Source of the DNA: Candidatus Eiseniibacteriota bacterium
GTDB lineage: Bacteria > Eisenbacteria > RBG-16-71-46 > JABDJR01
Assembly (NCBI GenBank): GCA_963783375.1
Contig: CAWANH010000029.1
Location: forward strand, 1-64,000
Reading direction: 5' to 3'
DNA: 64,000 bases
The position numbers were made by a program, and so were the translations under genes. The notes beneath the pieces were generated by a model. The model worked only from the letters and a program-made list of their open reading frames with translations, had not been told where the DNA came from and made no database searches. Positions 37,113 to 47,262 of this stretch are shown here, piece by piece (positions within the stretch are counted from its first letter, which is position 1; each line of letters begins with the position of its first letter).

Positions 37113-38384
37113 TCAGTCCAGGTCGCGCTCCAACACCAGCAGGGTCACGTCGTCCTGGAACTCGGCGCGGATCAATCCCGAGGCGGTTCGCAGCACGAAG
37201 TCCACCGATTGATCGAGGGGAACTGCATGTGCCTCGTCGAGGGTGCGGGCGAGAAGGGATGTCGAGAAGATGGAGCCGTCCGGGCACTGTGCGTCGATTA
37301 TCCCGTCGGAGTAGAGCCACAGTCGGTCCCCGGGCTGCAGGAGAAGTCGGTTGGACCGGATGGGCTCGGGGACGGCGAAGTCGGGACCGATGAGGGTTCC
37401 GCTCTCTTGGTCGCTCATGATCTGCACCGAGTTGCGCCCGGTCAGGATGGGGGGTTCATGACCGGCCGACGCCCAGGCGACCTCGCCAAGCGAGACGTCC
37501 AGAACGCCGTAGATCAGGGTGAAGAAGAGGCCCGTGCGTTCGGTGTCCGTGAAGTGTGCCCGCAGGGACGAGAGAACATTCATGGGAGTAGCCACTTCAT
37601 AGTAGGGCGGGCCAGGTAGTTTGCATTTCACGAGCGTGTTTTGCCCGGGCACCGGAATCAGGAGGCGAGACACTGTAATCGCAAGCATGGCCGCCGCCGC
37701 CCCGTGCCCCGAGACATCAAGGATGAAGAAGCCGATTCGTCGCTCATCGAGCCGGAACACGTTCAGCATGTCCCCGGACACATGCGTGCACGGCTTGAAC
37801 CGCCATGCGAACCGGTACGCTCCCAAGGTTGGAGCGTCGAGTGGCAGCAGGGCTCGTTGGAGGGTCGCCGCCGCCGTGAGATCTTCCCCGAGTGTCCGGT
37901 TCTGCTCGAGGAGTCGCCGGTGTAGGTGGACGATTCGCTGCCCGGCTTGGATGCGTACCCTCAGCTCCTCGGTGTTGAATGGCTTCGCCAGAAAATCGTC
38001 TGCTCCCGCCTCGAGGCCTTCTACCAGGTCGTGGTCGTTTCCCCGGCCGGTGAGGATGATGGCATAGACGGACTCTCCATCTCTCGTAGCGCGGATGCGG
38101 CGGAGAAGGCCAAGCCCGCTGAGCTTCGGCATGTTCCAGTCGGTGATGACGAGACTGAACCGTTCTCGTTGGAGAAGGTCCCAGGCTTCCTCTCCATCCG
38201 TGGCCGTGAAGACGGAGAACCCGAGTTCACCAAGCATGCCGGCCAGGACGTCGCGGACCCCAGCGTCATCATCGACGACCAGGATGTGATCCAGATCGCC
38301 GCCGGGCAGACGTGACGAAGATTCGGGAAGGACGTGTCCGCCCAACTCGGGATTGGGGGGGGACAGTTTGGGCTGGGGCATCAC
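37113..38384 (-). CDS. Response regulator with PP2C/SpoIIE phosphatase domain (RsbU/RsbP-like)
   Basis: LVVDDD, ITDWNMP, GADDFLAKP; SGD, DVSGHG, SAGH, YSDGI, QDDVT. Confidence 0.92.
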   Translation of the reverse strand: MMPQPKLSPPNPELGGHVLPESSSRLPGGDLDHILVVDDDAGVRDVLAGMLGELGFSVFTATDGEEAWDLLQRERFSLVITDWNMPKLSGLGLLRRIRATRDGESVYAIILTGRGNDHDLVEGLEAGADDFLAKPFNTEELRVRIQAGQRIVHLHRRLLEQNRTLGEDLTAAATLQRALLPLDAPTLGAYRFAWRFKPCTHVSGDMLNVFRLDERRIGFFILDVSGHGAAAAMLAITVSRLLIPVPGQNTLVKCKLPGPPYYEVATPMNVLSSLRAHFTDTERTGLFFTLIYGVLDVSLGEVAWASAGHEPPILTGRNSVQIMSDQESGTLIGPDFAVPEPIRSNRLLLQPGDRLWLYSDGIIDAQCPDGSIFSTSLLARTLDEAHAVPLDQSVDFVLRTASGLIRAEFQDDVTLLVLERDLD

Positions 38385-38861
38385 CTCGGTCTTCGGAACA
38401 AGAGAGCCGGGCCATTAGGTGTCTTTCGGACCTGCAATTGCCTGGCCTCCCGACCGGATAACAATGCAGTGTGATAGGACCGATCTGGTGCCTACGCGCG
38501 GATCCGATCCCCGGGTAGGCACCCGTCATCGGTCCTTCGGCAATGTCTCCCGCGCGCGGGTCGTAATAGCCTGCTGTAGCTAGGGGCGGCTGAGGGTGGG
38601 GGCGGGCGAAGGCCGTATCGTTCCAATGCGACTTCGATGTACCGGGTGATCCGCGTGGGGCGCAGTCGGCGGGTTCCGTCGGTTGCGTTTTTACTGAACC
38701 CAGACCCAGAACTGTCTCATATGGGTTGACGACGTGCAGATCCTCCGATCTCGTGGAGCTTGATTCAATCAGGCTCGACACCACTACTGCCAGGCGTTAT
38801 ACTTCTATCGGCAAGAGTGCCATCGTATCCCCAGGTCATCCCCTTTCACCTAGGAGGAACG

Positions 38862-39599
38862 ATGTTCAACAAGCTACGTGTCCTCGGCCTCTCTGTCGCC
38901 CTGGTCCTCTCATCTGCATGTTTCGTCGTCCCTTCGACCTATGCCTCCTGCCCCTGCGTCGCCCCCAACGTGGGTGGAACCGTCGCGCTGATGCCGGTGA
39001 CCTGCACCACGGGGTACGTCGGGTTCATGCAGATCACCGACGGGTTGCCTGTCGGTACCACCATCGACTGTCAGGCGGAACTCGGCGGCTTCTATCTCAC
39101 CTCCGAAGCGGTCGGTGGGACGCTGGGTGGTTATATTCAAACCTGGAGCGCCTATCTCCACCTGGAGATGACTGGAACGGGAGCCCTGGCCGGATTCAAC
39201 CGTTCGCTGCAGATCCCGGTATCCGGCCTAACCAATTCCGCACCCCGGACGTTCGGAGACGCCGTCCAGTCGTTCGCCCACAATCTGATGACCCTGGACG
39301 GCCAGCTGGTCGGTGATCCGGATTTCGAAAACCTGGCGGTGAAAGCGGGCCCCAATGAGAGTCTGCCGCCCAGCCCCGGGTACACCTCCCTGACCCGGGT
39401 AGGCCCCCCGGGCAGTGACTTCCAGGTGGACAGTTTCTTCGACGTCACCTATACCCTCGATTTCACCGGTGCGCCCGGAAGTGTCCTGGATGGCCTGTCC
39501 GGGATCACCCAGGACGCCCAGCGGCTCCAGCTTTGCGACAACCCCGTCCCCGTTCAGAACGCGACTTGGGGTCTTATCAAGGCGCTCTATCGGTTCTGA
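38862..39599 (+). CDS. Secreted hypothetical protein with TWG tail
   Basis: AGGAGG SD; signal peptide; VDSFFDVTY; ends PVPVQNATWGLIKALYRF. Confidence 0.8.
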   Translation: MFNKLRVLGLSVALVLSSACFVVPSTYASCPCVAPNVGGTVALMPVTCTTGYVGFMQITDGLPVGTTIDCQAELGGFYLTSEAVGGTLGGYIQTWSAYLHLEMTGTGALAGFNRSLQIPVSGLTNSAPRTFGDAVQSFAHNLMTLDGQLVGDPDFENLAVKAGPNESLPPSPGYTSLTRVGPPGSDFQVDSFFDVTYTLDFTGAPGSVLDGLSGITQDAQRLQLCDNPVPVQNATWGLIKALYRF

Positions 39600-39995
39600 A
39601 CCGTAGTCGGGCCCACTGGAGGCTCCGACGACGGGTGGAGATCGGGTCGTAAAGCGACACGCTGCCGGTGCTTGAAGACGGTCTGGAAGCGGCGCTTCGA
39701 GAGTCGCTGGGACGCCGGGTTGCGGAGCAAAGGCGCGTCCGGGGCCACGAATTCGCTCGATCGCAGCTTGTGCCCCCAGGACCGTTGCAGCTTCCCTGGA
39801 AGAGTATCGGGAGGAATACGTCGCCGACCCGGCCACCATTGGCGATCTCGCGGCGCAGGCGAACCCGTCCTCGAGCTCTCCCGTCGGCACTGCATGCGGT
39901 AAATCGGCCACGGACCGCACTATCGCCGGCTGATGTTCAGCCTCCGCCGCCGAAAGGGGCACCTGGTGAGCGGAGGATCGCGCCTTCCCGGTGGG

Positions 39996-40710
39996 TCAGT
40001 CCTCGGGGAGAATCTGCTCGGGCCAGCCGACGATCAGGTGAAGCAACGCTGGCTCGGCGGTATCGACCACGCGGTTGATGAGGACGCGCTCGCCGTCGGG
40101 GGCGAGCGCGTAGATCCCCGGCTCGGCGAACACGTGACGCCGCCCTTCGACGCGGAACAAAGGGCGGACGGCGCCCAGCACGGGACGGTCTCCGCCGAGT
40201 TCCGCGCTGACCGCCAGGAGCCGATAGTCGGGGGAGACGAAAAAGAGCTCGCCCTCCCTTGGATTCCACTCGGGGCGGATGCCGCCGTTCGAGGAGACCT
40301 GCCAGGCGCGGCCGCCCTCCGGAAAGCGGGCGAGGTATACCTCGTAGCGCCCCGAGGCGTTCGAAGTCTAGGCGACCCAGCCGCCGTCGGGAGAAACGGC
40401 GGCGTCTTCCTCGCTGAAGGGCGACGACCGGATCGGAAACGGCTCCCCGCCGCCGCTCACCGGGGCGGCCCAGAGGTCGGGAGATTCATCCCGATAGAAC
40501 GTGCAGTAGACCAGCAGCGAGCCGTCTCCGGCCCAGTCGAGGGGGAAGGCCCCCGCGATCGCCGGAGCGTCCGCGGGCCGGTTTCCCCCGTACTCGGCCA
40601 CCCCCCCCGGGAAGAGCGGCTCGGCGTCGGTGCGGCCGAGGATTTGGACGTAGACCTCGAGGGTCCCCGAGCGGTCCGAGCTGAACGCGATGCGCCGGCC
40701 GTCCGGGGCG
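39996..40710 (-). pseudogene. C-terminal PD40/TolB-like beta-propeller fragment, of the type found on Ser/Thr kinases, with premature stop
   Basis: PDGRRIAFSSDRSG...SPDGGWVA*TSNASGRYEVY...WQVSSNGG...LAPDGERVL...IVGWPE. TAG at 40368-40370 lies in an otherwise continuous frame. No 5' end. Confidence 0.75.
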
Positions 40711-40712
40711 GG

Positions 40713-41642
40713 GACCGGGACGGGTTCGACGATGTGGTGGTGGGCGCGGTGGGTCACAATACGGCCTTCGCGGATGCGGGCCGCGTTTACGTTCTCGGGT
40801 TCAACCGCTATCACCTGGTGAACCCGGCGGCGGGGGAGACGTGGAACGTGGGGGCGGCGGAGGAGATCTCCTGGCTGGGCGCCGAGCCGGCGGACGTGTG
40901 GCTTTCGGTGGACGGGGGCAACAGCTACTCCCTGCTGACCACGGACGCGGGGGGCGCCGCGCTGAGCGCGGTGAGGTTGACGGTGCCGCATCAGCCGACG
41001 CGGTTCGCCGAGATCAAACTGACGCCTTCGGATCCCTCGGTGGTGGGGAGTGCCACGACGGACTCGCTGTTCACGATCGAGGCGTCGATCGCGCTGCTGA
41101 ACCTGAAGGCGGCGCCGGTGGACGGTGGCGGCGTGCTCCTCAGCTGGGAGACCGATCCCGGCCCGGAGGATCTGGCGGGGTACAAGGTGGAACGTTCGCC
41201 GGTCGCCGGCGACTCCTGGCGCGTCCTGGCGACCCAGGTGCGGGAGACCGAGTACCTGGACGCCGGTGGCGGCCCCGGCATGCGGTACCGGCTGAGCGGC
41301 ATCAACGGTCTCGGGGAAGAGCTCCTCCTCGGCGAGACCGCGTTGACCCCGCGGGTCGCTCTGGCGGCCTGGCCGCTGCCCTACCGGGGCGGGGATCTCA
41401 CCCTCTCCTTCGCCACCTTCGGGGGTCAGGGGGGTGGGACGGGCCTGGCCCGGGTGGCGGTCTACGACGTGCAGGGCCGCCTGGTGCGCACGATCGCCGA
41501 CGGGAGCTACGAAGCCGGGCATCAGGTCGTCACGTGGAACGGGCGCGACGAAAACCGTCGCGCGGTTCCGAGCGGCGTGTACTTCATCCGGTCTTCCAGT
41601 GCCGGGGTGAGTCACCAGATCAAGCTGATCGTGGTGCGCTAG
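40713..41642 (+). pseudogene. 3' fragment of an FG-GAP repeat protein with FlgD-like C-terminal domain
   Basis: Begins mid-repeat at DRDGFDDVVVGA...AGRVYV; ends YDVQGRLVR...WNGRD...SGVYFIR. Upstream sequence is antisense of the PD40 fragment. Confidence 0.7.
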
Positions 41643-41649
41643 GAAATCG

Positions 41650-42601
41650 ATGTCCATGATGCGGAGGGTTGCGAGTCTGGGTACGGGGCTAATGGCGCCG
41701 CCCTGGTCGCCGCAGGGCCGCTGGAGGCGACCACGCTCTACGCGCTCGTCGACACCGGGGAGATCTTCGCCTCCGGCGACGGCGGGGCGACCTGGCCGTC
41801 CGGACCGACGGAGCGCTGCTGGCGCTCACGCATTCCGGAACGGTCTGGATCTCCACCGACGGGGGGATGACATTCTCGGCGGAGGCCTCACTCGGCGCCT
41901 CGGACCTGGTCTCACCGGCGCGCGACCCGAGTGGCGCGTTCTACGCGGTGACCGGGACAGGCACCGTCCGCCGGAGTGTCGACGGCGGCGCGACGTGGAT
42001 CGCGGTGGGCACAGCGCCGGTCTCGGACGCGGTGGCGGTGCGGTCGGGAGGCGATACGAGCTACGTTCTCGCCGGGACCGGGCTCACCTACCGAAGCCAG
42101 GATCAGGGCGCGAGCTGGTCCGCGGTGGGCACGGTGAGCCAGGTGGGCATGGTCGCGCTCACTGTCTCCGAGGGCGAGCTGGTCGCGGTGAGTCGGGAGG
42201 GGCTGGTCGCCCGGAGCCCGGATGGCACGGCATGGACGTGGGTGGGTGCGGTGAACCAGCTGAACGTGGTCGCGCTCGCCGATGACAGGCCGCAGGCCGT
42301 CGGAGTGCCGAAGAGGCCGGGGACAGCGCTCCGGCTTCGGCTGGCACCGCCGCGACCCAACCTGCTTCGGTCCGGCGAGACGCTCGCGCTGGAGGTCCCG
42401 CTTCCCGAGGACGACATCCTGAACGTCGCCCTGTACGACGCGGAGGGGAGGCTCGCGGCCGCGCGGGCTCCGGAACCGCTGCCGGCGTCGGAGGGCGGCA
42501 TTCTTCGCTGGAGCCCCGGCCCTCTTCCGGCGGGGGTCTACTTCGTCCGGGTGGCCGGTCGACACGGCCGTTCGAGTCGAAGACTCGTCGTCGTGCCCTA
42601 G
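41650..42601 (+). pseudogene. BNR/Asp-box repeat secreted protein with CTD-like tail, two frameshifts near the 5' end
   Basis: Signal-like start in frame 1; ASGDGGATW in frame 2; STDGGMTF, SVDGGATW, SQDQGASW and PRPNL...YDAEGRL...AGVYFVR in frame 3. Confidence 0.65.
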
Positions 42602-42802
42602 AGGAAACAGAAAGGGCGGCCCCACCTGAGGCCCGGAGCCGCGTGCCGCTACTCGGGTAGATGTGGAGGGGAAGAGCAGGGGGCCGGCGTTTCCCTGGTA
42701 CCCACCCGAAAACGCCCCGAAAGTGCACACCAACCGGCCATCAGGATCCGGCCCCCTTTGCGCGCTCGAAGGGACGGTTCCCGGCCCCGGCGTTCTCGGG
42801 GC

Positions 42803-44728
42803 CTACCCGCTCCCACCCGTCCCGGACGCCTCGTCCCCGGCCTCCGGCCCGCGCCAGAGATCCTTCGTCATGGCCTCGGGGCCGGCGCGCCGAAGCGCGC
42901 GGCGTGCGGCACGGTCCAGGGTCCACCACGCCCACCCCGACCGCCACGCGGTGAGCGGACGACGGCGAAACCGTTCACGGTGATAGACGGATAGATTGTG
43001 CAGGAAGCCGGGATGGTCGGGACGGAGCCGCCGCGCCCGCTCGGTGGCCGCCACCGCCCGGTCGAGATCCCCCTCGTAGAACCGGGCCGCGCCGAGGTCG
43101 CACCAGAAGCGCGGGTTGTCCGGCTCCGCGGCCACCGCCCGCTCCAGCCACCGGCGGGCCGCGCCGGGGTCTCCCCCGCGGAGCGCGGCCACCCCCCGGA
43201 GGTAGTCGTGGCCGGGAAGGGGAAGCCAAGGGTCGATGTCGAGCGCCCGGCGGTAGTGTTCCAGCGCTCTGACCGGCTGTTCCTCCACCTCGAGATCGCC
43301 GAGGCCCCGGTGGCCGAGCGGGGAGCGCGGGTGGCGTTGGACCAGCACCTTGAACAGGCCCTCCGCCTCCACCCGCCGGCCGGAGCGCCGGAGGAGATCG
43401 CCGAGGGCGTATTCCAGGACGGGGAGCGGCCCGCAGACGCGAATGGCGTCCCGCAGCCGTCGCTCCGCCCGGTCGCGGCCCTCCCGCAGCTCGTCCAGGC
43501 GGGCCAGCATCTCGTGCGGAATGGGATCTCCGGGCCGGGCCTCCACCGCGTCGGTGAGGAGTCGGGCGGTGGTCTCGGGAGGAGCCAGCCGGAAGAGGCC
43601 GGGGCCGGCGGTGGCGAAAGCCGAGGGCGGCACCAGGGAAAGCGGCCCGTCGAAGACCGCCCGGTAGGCGTCGAGGGCCTCCTCGCCGCGGCCGAGCTGT
43701 TCGAGGGCCTGGCCCCGCGCGGCATGGAGGAGGGGATTGCGCGGACGCTCGGCCAGGCGCTCGGCCAGGAACGACTCGGCCTCCCCGGCCCGGCCGGTCC
43801 GGCGAAGCAGCGTGGCCAGGGCCACCGCGGCGGGGGCGTGTTCGGGGTCGCCGGTGAGGGCGCGCCGGAGCAGGGGCTCCCGCTCCGCGTCGTCCACCGC
43901 CTCTCCCGGCCGGATGGCCCGGGTGAACAGAACCTCCGGATTCTCGGGAAAGGCGGCGGCCAGGGCTCTCCAGGCGCGGACTCCCGACGCCTCTTCCTCC
44001 GCGGACTCGGCGAAGGCCTTCGAGGCCGCGCGGAGCCGGGTGGGGGCGGCCTCGGGCGGGGCGGAGCGGATCTCGTGGCGCCAGAGCCGGGCCACCGCCT
44101 GGACCCGCGGATGACGGGTGAGCCGCTCCAGCTCGTCCAGGGCCTCCTCCCGCCGTCCCGCTCCGGCCAGGGCCAGGGCGTGCTGGAGCCGGGTGGGAGC
44201 GTGGGACGGGGCGACCTCCAGGGCCTCGCCGCTCAGTCGTTCGGCCTCGGCCCAGTCTCCCTCCCGCGCCGCCAGAACCCCCAGCGCGACCAGGGCGGGG
44301 GCGGCGTGCGGATCCTCGTCCAGAACGCCCCGGGCCACCGCCCGGGTGAAGGTGGGGTTTCCCACCGCGAGGTAGCGCTCCAGGTCGGCGTACCGGGGCC
44401 AGACCCTCAGGAAGCGCTGGATATCCACGTCCGCGGCCATCTCGGGCTTCTCCCCTGCGGCCCGTTCCAGCGCGTGGGCCAGGCCCTCCAGGGAGGCGTG
44501 GCGCGCCTCGGTCTCCAGGAAGGGGGAGTCCGCACCCACCGGAACGTAGACCCGGCGAGGGAGCCGGAAATAATCCGAGGTTCCCGGGTCGAGCTCCAGG
44601 GAGTACCAGAGGGGTGGGGAATCGACCACGTCGTGCCTCGGGGGTGGGGTTTCGCCGGGGCCGGTCGAAGCGGCCCCCGGTCCCCGGCGACGTCGGTGAC
44701 GATCCGGCCCGGACGGCGCCGGAGCCAC
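42803..44728 (-). CDS. Tetratricopeptide repeat protein
   Basis: Repeated A..ALG.L...G...EA...AL...P helical pattern. Start uncertain. Confidence 0.75.
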   Translation of the reverse strand: MAPAPSGPDRHRRRRGPGAASTGPGETPPPRHDVVDSPPLWYSLELDPGTSDYFRLPRRVYVPVGADSPFLETEARHASLEGLAHALERAAGEKPEMAADVDIQRFLRVWPRYADLERYLAVGNPTFTRAVARGVLDEDPHAAPALVALGVLAAREGDWAEAERLSGEALEVAPSHAPTRLQHALALAGAGRREEALDELERLTRHPRVQAVARLWRHEIRSAPPEAAPTRLRAASKAFAESAEEEASGVRAWRALAAAFPENPEVLFTRAIRPGEAVDDAEREPLLRRALTGDPEHAPAAVALATLLRRTGRAGEAESFLAERLAERPRNPLLHAARGQALEQLGRGEEALDAYRAVFDGPLSLVPPSAFATAGPGLFRLAPPETTARLLTDAVEARPGDPIPHEMLARLDELREGRDRAERRLRDAIRVCGPLPVLEYALGDLLRRSGRRVEAEGLFKVLVQRHPRSPLGHRGLGDLEVEEQPVRALEHYRRALDIDPWLPLPGHDYLRGVAALRGGDPGAARRWLERAVAAEPDNPRFWCDLGAARFYEGDLDRAVAATERARRLRPDHPGFLHNLSVYHRERFRRRPLTAWRSGWAWWTLDRAARRALRRAGPEAMTKDLWRGPEAGDEASGTGGSG

Positions 44729-44826
44729 GGGCCCAGGATCGTCAAGAACGAGCCAGGGTTAGGCCAGCGAGTATATCGCGGCCCCCGGTCCCCCTCAACC
44801 GCGGCGCGTCCCGCCGGCCTTTCTTC

Positions 44827-44855
44827 TTGACAGCTAAGTTGTTGTCTCGTAAGGT
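44827..44855 (+). promoter_or_regulatory. Sigma-70 promoter of the folB operon
   Basis: TTGACA-17 bp-TAAGGT upstream of folB. Confidence 0.55.
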
Positions 44856-44887
44856 TTTTTGAATTCTGCCAGCGGGGAAGGGAAGGC

Positions 44888-45250
44888 TTGACCGTGGACC
44901 ACATCCGGCTCAACGATATCGTGCTGTTCGCGCACCTCGGGGTCACCGAGGCCGAGCGGGAAGTGGGCCAGCGGATCCATCTCGACCTCGATCTGGAGCT
45001 CGATCTGGGCGCGGCCTCGGGGTCCGACGTGCTGGTGGATACGGTCAGCTACGAGGCGGTGTACCGTTTGGTGGAGTCGGTGGTGGCGGTTTCACGACAC
45101 CGGCTTCTGGAGTCCCTGGCCGGCGCCCTCATCACGAAAGTCCTCGATGCGTTTCCGGCGGAGCGGGTGCGGGTCCGGGTGCGAAAGCCGAACGTGCCTT
45201 TCGCAGGGAATCTGGCTTCGGCGGAAGTGGAGATGATGCGAGAACGATGA
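44888..45250 (+). CDS. folB: Dihydroneopterin aldolase
   Basis: AHLGVTEAEREVGQ; DTVSY; LLESLA; VRKP. Confidence 0.92.
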   Translation: MTVDHIRLNDIVLFAHLGVTEAEREVGQRIHLDLDLELDLGAASGSDVLVDTVSYEAVYRLVESVVAVSRHRLLESLAGALITKVLDAFPAERVRVRVRKPNVPFAGNLASAEVEMMRER

Positions 45251-45744
45251 CCAAGGCATTCATCGGCCTGGGCTCGAACCTGGGCGATCGGGAGCGTTTT
45301 CTGCGCGAGGCGGTGGAGGCCATGGAGGGCATCCCCGAGACGGAAGTGGAGCGGGTGTCCTCGTTCTACGACTCCGATCCCCAGGGAGACCCGGCCCAGC
45401 CCGCCTACCTGAACGCGGTGGCGGGGGTGGAGACCGACCTCCCCCCCGACCGTCTGCTCTGGAATCTCCAGCTCATCGAGTTCCGGCTCGGCCGTCCCCG
45501 CGCGCGGCGGAACGGACCGCGCACCCTCGATCTGGATCTCCTGTTCTACGGAGACGAGGTGATCGACCGGACGGGTCTCACGGTGCCGCATCCGCGTTAC
45601 GCCGAACGTCCCTTCGTGCTGGTGCCCCTGGTGGAGCTGGAGCCGGGCCTGGTGGACCCCCGCACCGGGATCCGGGTGGACCGGCTTCTGCGTGATCGCC
45701 GGAACGTGGCCTCGGTCCGGTGGGTGGGTCGCTTCCGCCCATGA
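45247..45744 (+). CDS. folK: HPPK (6-hydroxymethyl-dihydropterin pyrophosphokinase)
   Basis: IGLGSNLGDR; YLNAV; GPRTLDLDLL; VPHPR..ERPFVL. Confidence 0.95.
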   Translation: MTKAFIGLGSNLGDRERFLREAVEAMEGIPETEVERVSSFYDSDPQGDPAQPAYLNAVAGVETDLPPDRLLWNLQLIEFRLGRPRARRNGPRTLDLDLLFYGDEVIDRTGLTVPHPRYAERPFVLVPLVELEPGLVDPRTGIRVDRLLRDRRNVASVRWVGRFRP

Positions 45745-46400
45745 GCACCACGCGCGCCAAGCACTTCGTGGTCATCGAGGGGGTGATCGGGGTGGGCAAG
45801 AGCACCCTGGCCCAGTACCTCTCCGAAGCGTGGGACGCCACCCTGGTCATGGAGGAGGTGGAGGAGAACCCCTACCTGGAGGAGTTCTACCGGGACCGGC
45901 GGCGGTACGCCTTCCAGACCCAGATCACGTTCCTTCTCAGCCGCTACCAGCAGCAGCAGAAGCTCCTCCAGCGCGACATCTTCTCCCCGAAGGTGGTGAG
46001 CGATTACCTGTTCCAGAAGGACCGCATCTTCGCCAACGTGAACCTGAGCGACAAGGAACTGGGGCTTTACGAGAGGCTCTTTCCCATCCTGGAACGCGAC
46101 GTTCCCACCCCCGATCTCGTGGTCTATCTCCAGGCCACCGTGGAGACCCTGCTCGGACGTATCCAGAAACGCGGCCGGAGCTTCGAGCGCGACATGTCCC
46201 CCGAATATCTGGAGGCCCTGGCCGAGGCCTACAACTACTTCTTCTTCCACTACGACGCCGCCCCCCTCCTGGTGGTGGACACCAACTCGCTCGATTTCGT
46301 GAAGAACGCGGACCAGCGGGAGGACCTCCTGGCCCGGGTCGAGGAGCACCCCGGCGGGACGGTCTACTACCGGCCCCTGGGCGAGGGGGAGCCGGCGTGA
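45741..46400 (+). CDS. Deoxynucleoside kinase
   Basis: IEGVIGVGKST; ENPYL; FLLSR; PDLVVYLQA; RGRSFE. Confidence 0.92.
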   Translation: MSTTRAKHFVVIEGVIGVGKSTLAQYLSEAWDATLVMEEVEENPYLEEFYRDRRRYAFQTQITFLLSRYQQQQKLLQRDIFSPKVVSDYLFQKDRIFANVNLSDKELGLYERLFPILERDVPTPDLVVYLQATVETLLGRIQKRGRSFERDMSPEYLEALAEAYNYFFFHYDAAPLLVVDTNSLDFVKNADQREDLLARVEEHPGGTVYYRPLGEGEPA

Positions 46401-46461
46401 GCCGCGGGTTGCTCGGGTCCCGGACCGCGCGGGAGCGACGTTCCGTGGAAGGCCCGCCGTC

Positions 46462-47262
46462 ATGAGCCGCCGGATGACCGCCCCCGATTTCCGGGCGAGC
46501 AAGGGCAAGCGCCGCCTGGCCTGCCTCACCGCCTACGACGTGCTCACCGCGGGGATTCTCGACGAGGCCGGGATCGATCTGATCCTGGTCGGCGATTCCA
46601 TGGGGAACGTGATCCTCGGCTACGAGACCACCCTCAAGGTCACCCTGGACGACGTGCTGAGCCACGCCGCCGCGGTGATGCGGGCCCGCCCCCGCGCGTT
46701 GGTGATCGCGGACATGCCGTACCTGACCTTCCACATCCATCCCGAGGAGACGCTCAGAAACGCCGGCCGGCTGATCCAGGAGGCGGGGGTCGACGGCGTC
46801 AAGCTTGAAGGCGGGCGTGAACGCGTGGATCACGTCCGCGCCCTCGTCCAGGCCGAGATCCCGGTCATGGGCCATCTGGGGCTCACCCCCCAGTCGGTGC
46901 TCAAGTTCGGCGGGTTCCGGGTGCAGGGCCGGACCGAGGACGCGGCGACCCGGCTGATCACCGACGCCAAGGCTCTCGAGGAGGCGGGGTGCTTCGCTCT
47001 GGTCCTGGAGGGCCTTCCCGGCCCCATCGCCGAGCGGCTGACCGGAGCGGTGGGCATCCCCACCATCGGGATCGGCGCCGGCGCGGGATGCGACGGGCAG
47101 ATCCTGGTGGTTTCGGATCTTCTGGGGATCCCCGCCTCGGTGCCCAAGTTCGTGCGCCGGTACGCGGATCTCCGCGGGGTGATGGGGGAAGCGGCGCGTC
47201 GCTACATCGAGGACGTCCAGGCCGGCCGCTTTCCGGGGACCGAGGAGACCTATTCGGAATGA
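46462..47262 (+). CDS. panB: Ketopantoate hydroxymethyltransferase
   Basis: LTAYD; LVGDS; ADMP; VKLEGG; GHLGLTPQS; IGIGAG. Confidence 0.97.
   Translation: MSRRMTAPDFRASKGKRRLACLTAYDVLTAGILDEAGIDLILVGDSMGNVILGYETTLKVTLDDVLSHAAAVMRARPRALVIADMPYLTFHIHPEETLRNAGRLIQEAGVDGVKLEGGRERVDHVRALVQAEIPVMGHLGLTPQSVLKFGGFRVQGRTEDAATRLITDAKALEEAGCFALVLEGLPGPIAERLTGAVGIPTIGIGAGAGCDGQILVVSDLLGIPASVPKFVRRYADLRGVMGEAARRYIEDVQAGRFPGTEETYSE

Noticed and set aside
40368-40370. Pyrrolysine readthrough of TAG
   Set aside because: The position corresponds to Tyr of the PD40 'VAY' motif in a headless fragment; a nonsense mutation is the simpler explanation.
39933-41642. Intact 569-aa secreted protein
   Set aside because: The first ~260 codons are antisense of a PD40 fragment, and there is no signal peptide.
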